A stretch of 61,673 nt of DNA, counting the filler, from Alphaproteobacteria bacterium (GTDB lineage Bacteria; Pseudomonadota; Alphaproteobacteria; Caedimonadales; UBA9215), in NCBI GenBank assembly GCA_024280495.1. It is 11 parts of 11 records of this genome, joined end to end, with 100 filler letters (N's around TTAATTAATTAA, not from the genome) between each part and the next. Parts side by side here need not be neighbours in the genome. Positions count along the whole stretch, not along the records: positions 58,760 to 61,673 come from JAJRPZ010000085.1; 10 more parts are not named here. One strand, given 5' to 3'. Under the pieces are notes generated by a model, which searched no databases, was not told the DNA's origin, and saw only the letters and a list, made by a program, of their open reading frames with translations. Positions 58,660 to 61,673 of the stretch are shown in pieces. Numbering within the stretch: the stretch's first letter is position 1; each line of letters starts with the position of its first letter. The position numbers and the translations under genes are program-made.

Positions 58660-58759
58660 NNNNNNNNNNNNNNNNNNNNNNNNNNNNNNNNNNNNNNNNN
58701 NNNTTAATTAATTAANNNNNNNNNNNNNNNNNNNNNNNNNNNNNNNNNNNNNNNNNNNN
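58660..58759. other. Artificial contig spacer
   Basis: N44-TTAATTAATTAA-N44. Confidence 0.99.
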
Positions 58760-58883
58760 ACCCCTCTTCTTTGAGGGCTTTACAGGCTTGTGCGCCTGAA
58801 TAGTCAAATTCACAGGCTTGGCCGATAATAATCGGGCCAGCTCCAATAATCATCACAGATTTTATATCATCGCGTTTTGGCAT
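58760..58883 (-). CDS. carB: Carbamoyl-phosphate synthase large subunit, N-terminus only
   Basis: Manual translation [41 protein letters not shown]. Confidence 0.95.
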
Positions 58884-59214
58884 AGTATCCGAATAGTTTT
58901 GGGGTCTGCATTATCTTGTCAACTCTATGCGCCCAAAAGCACACGAAAAACAGGAAAAAACAGAACTATAAAATGTAGGGGCTGGCAAGCTTTGTAATCC
59001 AATCAGACGCTCTTGGCTAGAGCCTTTTTTCGCGTAAAAGGCGAACAGCTTAAAAAAGATATTTTTTTAGTAAAAAACCGCCTCTTTATAAGCAGTTTTA
59101 CTGTTACATTATGACATACACCATTTTGATTTCACACACCTTTTACGCTTGCTTGTCTATGAATGAAAAGGATAAACTGTTAAAATCATAATATTCAATT
59201 AGGGACGCATCACT

Positions 59215-59865
59215 ATGAAGTCTGGTTACTCCATTGATAAGATAGGGCTTTATGCTTTTTTAGGCATTTTAGCAACCATCATTGCCTTAGGGCTCTTTGT
59301 TGGCACCTCTCCAGACCAATTTAATAAAGATATGGATTTGACCCGCCTAAAAGATATTAAAGCGATCGGCGCTCTGATTGAAGAGTATAAAACCAAAACA
59401 GGTCATTACCCTCTAAGTTCAGACAGTAATGTGCCTAACTTTATTGCTATCGTAACCAAGAAACAGCAAAAATACGCGCAAGAGTCGCCAAAAATCACAC
59501 ATAAACGCACCAATGTGAAAACATTTATCAAAACCCTTGAAACAGGGCTAGGACGCAAGGTCACACTTCCTTTCGATCCGCAATTACGCGGCATCCAAAG
59601 ACCCATTTTCTATCTTTATGTTGTGAAAGGGCAAGAATATGAACTGATAGCCCACCTTTATCATGATTATCCATTTGCCCGCAGCATTAAAAAACATTAT
59701 GCAAAGCTCACGGTCAGCAATCGTTCTGTTCCTGCTTTGAAAATATGGAAATATAACACCCTTATGAACGACCCCACTTTTGCAAAGGTTGTCGCCACAC
59801 CCTTAACAAAACCAGGTTTTATCAAAAAAATGCGTGCTGATATTCGGAAGCAAGGGGCATTTTAA
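59215..59865 (+). CDS. Membrane-anchored pseudopilin-like (GspG-like) hypothetical protein
   Basis: N-terminal TM, then RLKDIKAIGALIEEYKTKTGHYP...LPFDP...YLY. No canonical G|FTLxE site. Confidence 0.55.
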   Translation: MKSGYSIDKIGLYAFLGILATIIALGLFVGTSPDQFNKDMDLTRLKDIKAIGALIEEYKTKTGHYPLSSDSNVPNFIAIVTKKQQKYAQESPKITHKRTNVKTFIKTLETGLGRKVTLPFDPQLRGIQRPIFYLYVVKGQEYELIAHLYHDYPFARSIKKHYAKLTVSNRSVPALKIWKYNTLMNDPTFAKVVATPLTKPGFIKKMRADIRKQGAF

Positions 59866-59908
59866 AAAAGAGAGTTTATTTAAAACCAATCATCATAAAT
59901 AAGCTGTT

Positions 59909-60469
59909 TTATTTCAAGGATGTGCGTTGCGTTACAAATTTATATTTACGCAACAAGCTAGGGTACTTTGTGTTAATTTCTTTTTTCGCTGCTAAGGCTC
60001 TATTTTTCACAGGGAACGTCACATAAGAAGATGATTTCCAAAGCTTTTGCTCTGACTTGGTAACAATATTAATATCACCAACATAGGTCACTTTGTTAGG
60101 ACGAATAACGAAAGCTATCTTCTTACGATGTAAGAGTTGAAGTTCGCCCCCTCCAGAAGTATGATAACTTTTCCAATAATAACGCCCTACAGGCAACGCC
60201 TTCAGGATAATCGAACGATCACCTCGATAACTAAAACGTGTTTGAGAGACAGGCGTAAAAGAAAAAAATGTCGCCACATCACTCTTTAAGGAATTTTTAA
60301 AATATAGATATTGCCAATAATCAGTATTTGGTACAAGCCGCACAGCGACAAAACCTTCACTTTTCTTTAAAGTTGGTGGAGCGGCATAAACACTCACAAC
60401 ATAACTAACCAACAGCCCTAAAAATAATACCGAAACACGTACTGTTTTTATGATATTCTTCATACTCAA
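59909..60469 (-). CDS. Hypothetical exported protein
   Basis: Signal peptide (VYA|A); LPVGRYYW and VTYVGDI beta-rich patterns. Confidence 0.65.
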   Translation of the reverse strand: MSMKNIIKTVRVSVLFLGLLVSYVVSVYAAPPTLKKSEGFVAVRLVPNTDYWQYLYFKNSLKSDVATFFSFTPVSQTRFSYRGDRSIILKALPVGRYYWKSYHTSGGGELQLLHRKKIAFVIRPNKVTYVGDINIVTKSEQKLWKSSSYVTFPVKNRALAAKKEINTKYPSLLRKYKFVTQRTSLK

Positions 60470-60505
60470 TCCCCTTTTTACGCTATTTACTCAATCATAC
60501 ATATT

Positions 60506-61369
60506 TTACACCAACAAGCCAGCGCCCTGCCCCACAATACGATCATCAGCTTCCCCAATCGCGTCCAGATCACGCCCTGTATAGTCTATTTGACTGAGAA
60601 CATGGCGCATGGCTTCAAGACGCGCGCGGCGTTTATCGTGAGCACGAATCGCCGTCCACGGGGCATGAGCTGTGTGGGTTTGCGCAAACATCGCATCGCG
60701 CGTTATTGTATAATCATCCCATTTTGGCAAACTTTTGAGATCAATCGGACTGAGTTTCCACACTTTTAGCGGATCATGGCGACGGTCATGAAACCGTTTA
60801 AACTGGGTTGCACGCCCAACATTCAGCCAGAACTTAAACAGCAAAATACCATCATCAACCAGATGCTGTTCGAAGCTCGGCACTTGTCCCATAAACTGTT
60901 GATATTGCTGATCTGTGCAAAACCCAAGCACCTTTTCAACGCCAGCGCGATTATACCAAGACCGATCAAACAAAGCCATTTCGCCCTTCGTTGGCAAATG
61001 AGAGATATAACGCTGAAAATACCATTGGCCTTGCTCAACTTCGGTTGGCTTTCCCAACGCGACAACATGAGATTTTCGCGGGTTGAGATGCTCCATAAAC
61101 CGCTTAATCGTGCCGCCTTTGCCCGCACTATCACGCCCTTCAAACACCATCACAACACGTTTATTTTGTTCTTCTACCCAATTTTGCAGTTTTAACAATT
61201 CCAGCTGAAGCAACACCAGCTGCTTTTCATAAGCCTTCTTTTTCATACGTTGCGCATAAGGATAATTTCCATTGGTCAAGGCCGTGTCTGTTATCCAATC
61301 AGGTAAAACTGGATTTTCAAGATCAAGTTGAGAAAAATCACCTTTTTGTGTCATACTTTGCGCTTCCAT
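60506..61369 (-). CDS. ppk2: Polyphosphate kinase 2
   Basis: FEGRDSAGKGG, QWYFQRY, FDRSWYNRAGVE and WKLSPID. Confidence 0.96.
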   Translation of the reverse strand: MEAQSMTQKGDFSQLDLENPVLPDWITDTALTNGNYPYAQRMKKKAYEKQLVLLQLELLKLQNWVEEQNKRVVMVFEGRDSAGKGGTIKRFMEHLNPRKSHVVALGKPTEVEQGQWYFQRYISHLPTKGEMALFDRSWYNRAGVEKVLGFCTDQQYQQFMGQVPSFEQHLVDDGILLFKFWLNVGRATQFKRFHDRRHDPLKVWKLSPIDLKSLPKWDDYTITRDAMFAQTHTAHAPWTAIRAHDKRRARLEAMRHVLSQIDYTGRDLDAIGEADDRIVGQGAGLLV

Positions 61370-61486
61370 TTTGATATTTGAAGGGGGTTACGAGTTTCTA
61401 CCACTTGTTTATAACAAACTTTTCGCTTACAGCAAAAGCACATACAATCTTAAAAAATATTTTGATGACAACATAAGAAAAATACC

Positions 61487-61673
61487 ATGCCTCAAACAGA
61501 GCTCACCTCAAAGATGACCTTTTTTTATAAAAAAATTCTACCTGCTTTATGGTTTAGTTTTTTGCTGATCTTTATTGTCAACGCTATGAACCAACAAGAT
61601 CAATCTGATTTTGCTCTTAAACTTGTTGTGGTGCTCGTGCTGGGTTTGGCAAGTTACTTTTTACTCTTTAATA
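61487..61673 (+). CDS. Hypothetical membrane protein, runs off the window end
   Basis: MPQTELTSKMTFFYKKILPALWFSFLLIFIVNAMNQQDQSDFALKLVVVLVLGLASYFFTL..., open to the end with two hydrophobic segments. Confidence 0.55.
   Translation, partial: MPQTELTSKMTFFYKKILPALWFSFLLIFIVNAMNQQDQSDFALKLVVVLVLGLASYFLLFN

Noticed and set aside
3075..58759. Recurrent TTAATTAATTAA inside N runs as a biological repeat
   Set aside because: It is an identical 100-nt all-frame-stop linker used to join contigs. ORF ends such as XXXLIN are artefacts of it.

Overview
The window is not contiguous DNA. It is 11 draft or metagenome contigs joined by ten 100-nt artificial spacers (N44-TTAATTAATTAA-N44), so adjacency across a spacer means nothing. 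Gene content and order are alphaproteobacterial and AT-rich: aroK/xerD/accA, divL, rpmF-plsX-fabH, tatB-tatC-serS-surE-nlpD-yajC-secD-secF, fabF-mltG, nrdJ with NrdR boxes, and a GTA-type portal plus prohead protease. Several features hint at a host-associated, Holosporales-like organism (inference). Most of the window is housekeeping. The best leads are: (i) two families of ~105-107 bp TATA-ended hairpin repeats (MITE/ERIC/RUP/RPE-like) spread over five contigs, which supply the stop codons of both GTA-like head genes and abut the yhhQ start; (ii) a yhhQ-tgt operon whose Tgt has the GGSLG pocket (Val233->Gly) of queuine-inserting enzymes, suggesting queuine salvage; (iii) an intergenic cluster of DnaA boxes with tandem CtrA boxes and an IHF-like site beside tRNA-Glu; (iv) an in-frame TAA in an otherwise intact serS; (v) a cytoplasmic tricorn protease and several effector-like orphan proteins. 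No CRISPR array, rRNA or complete prophage was seen.
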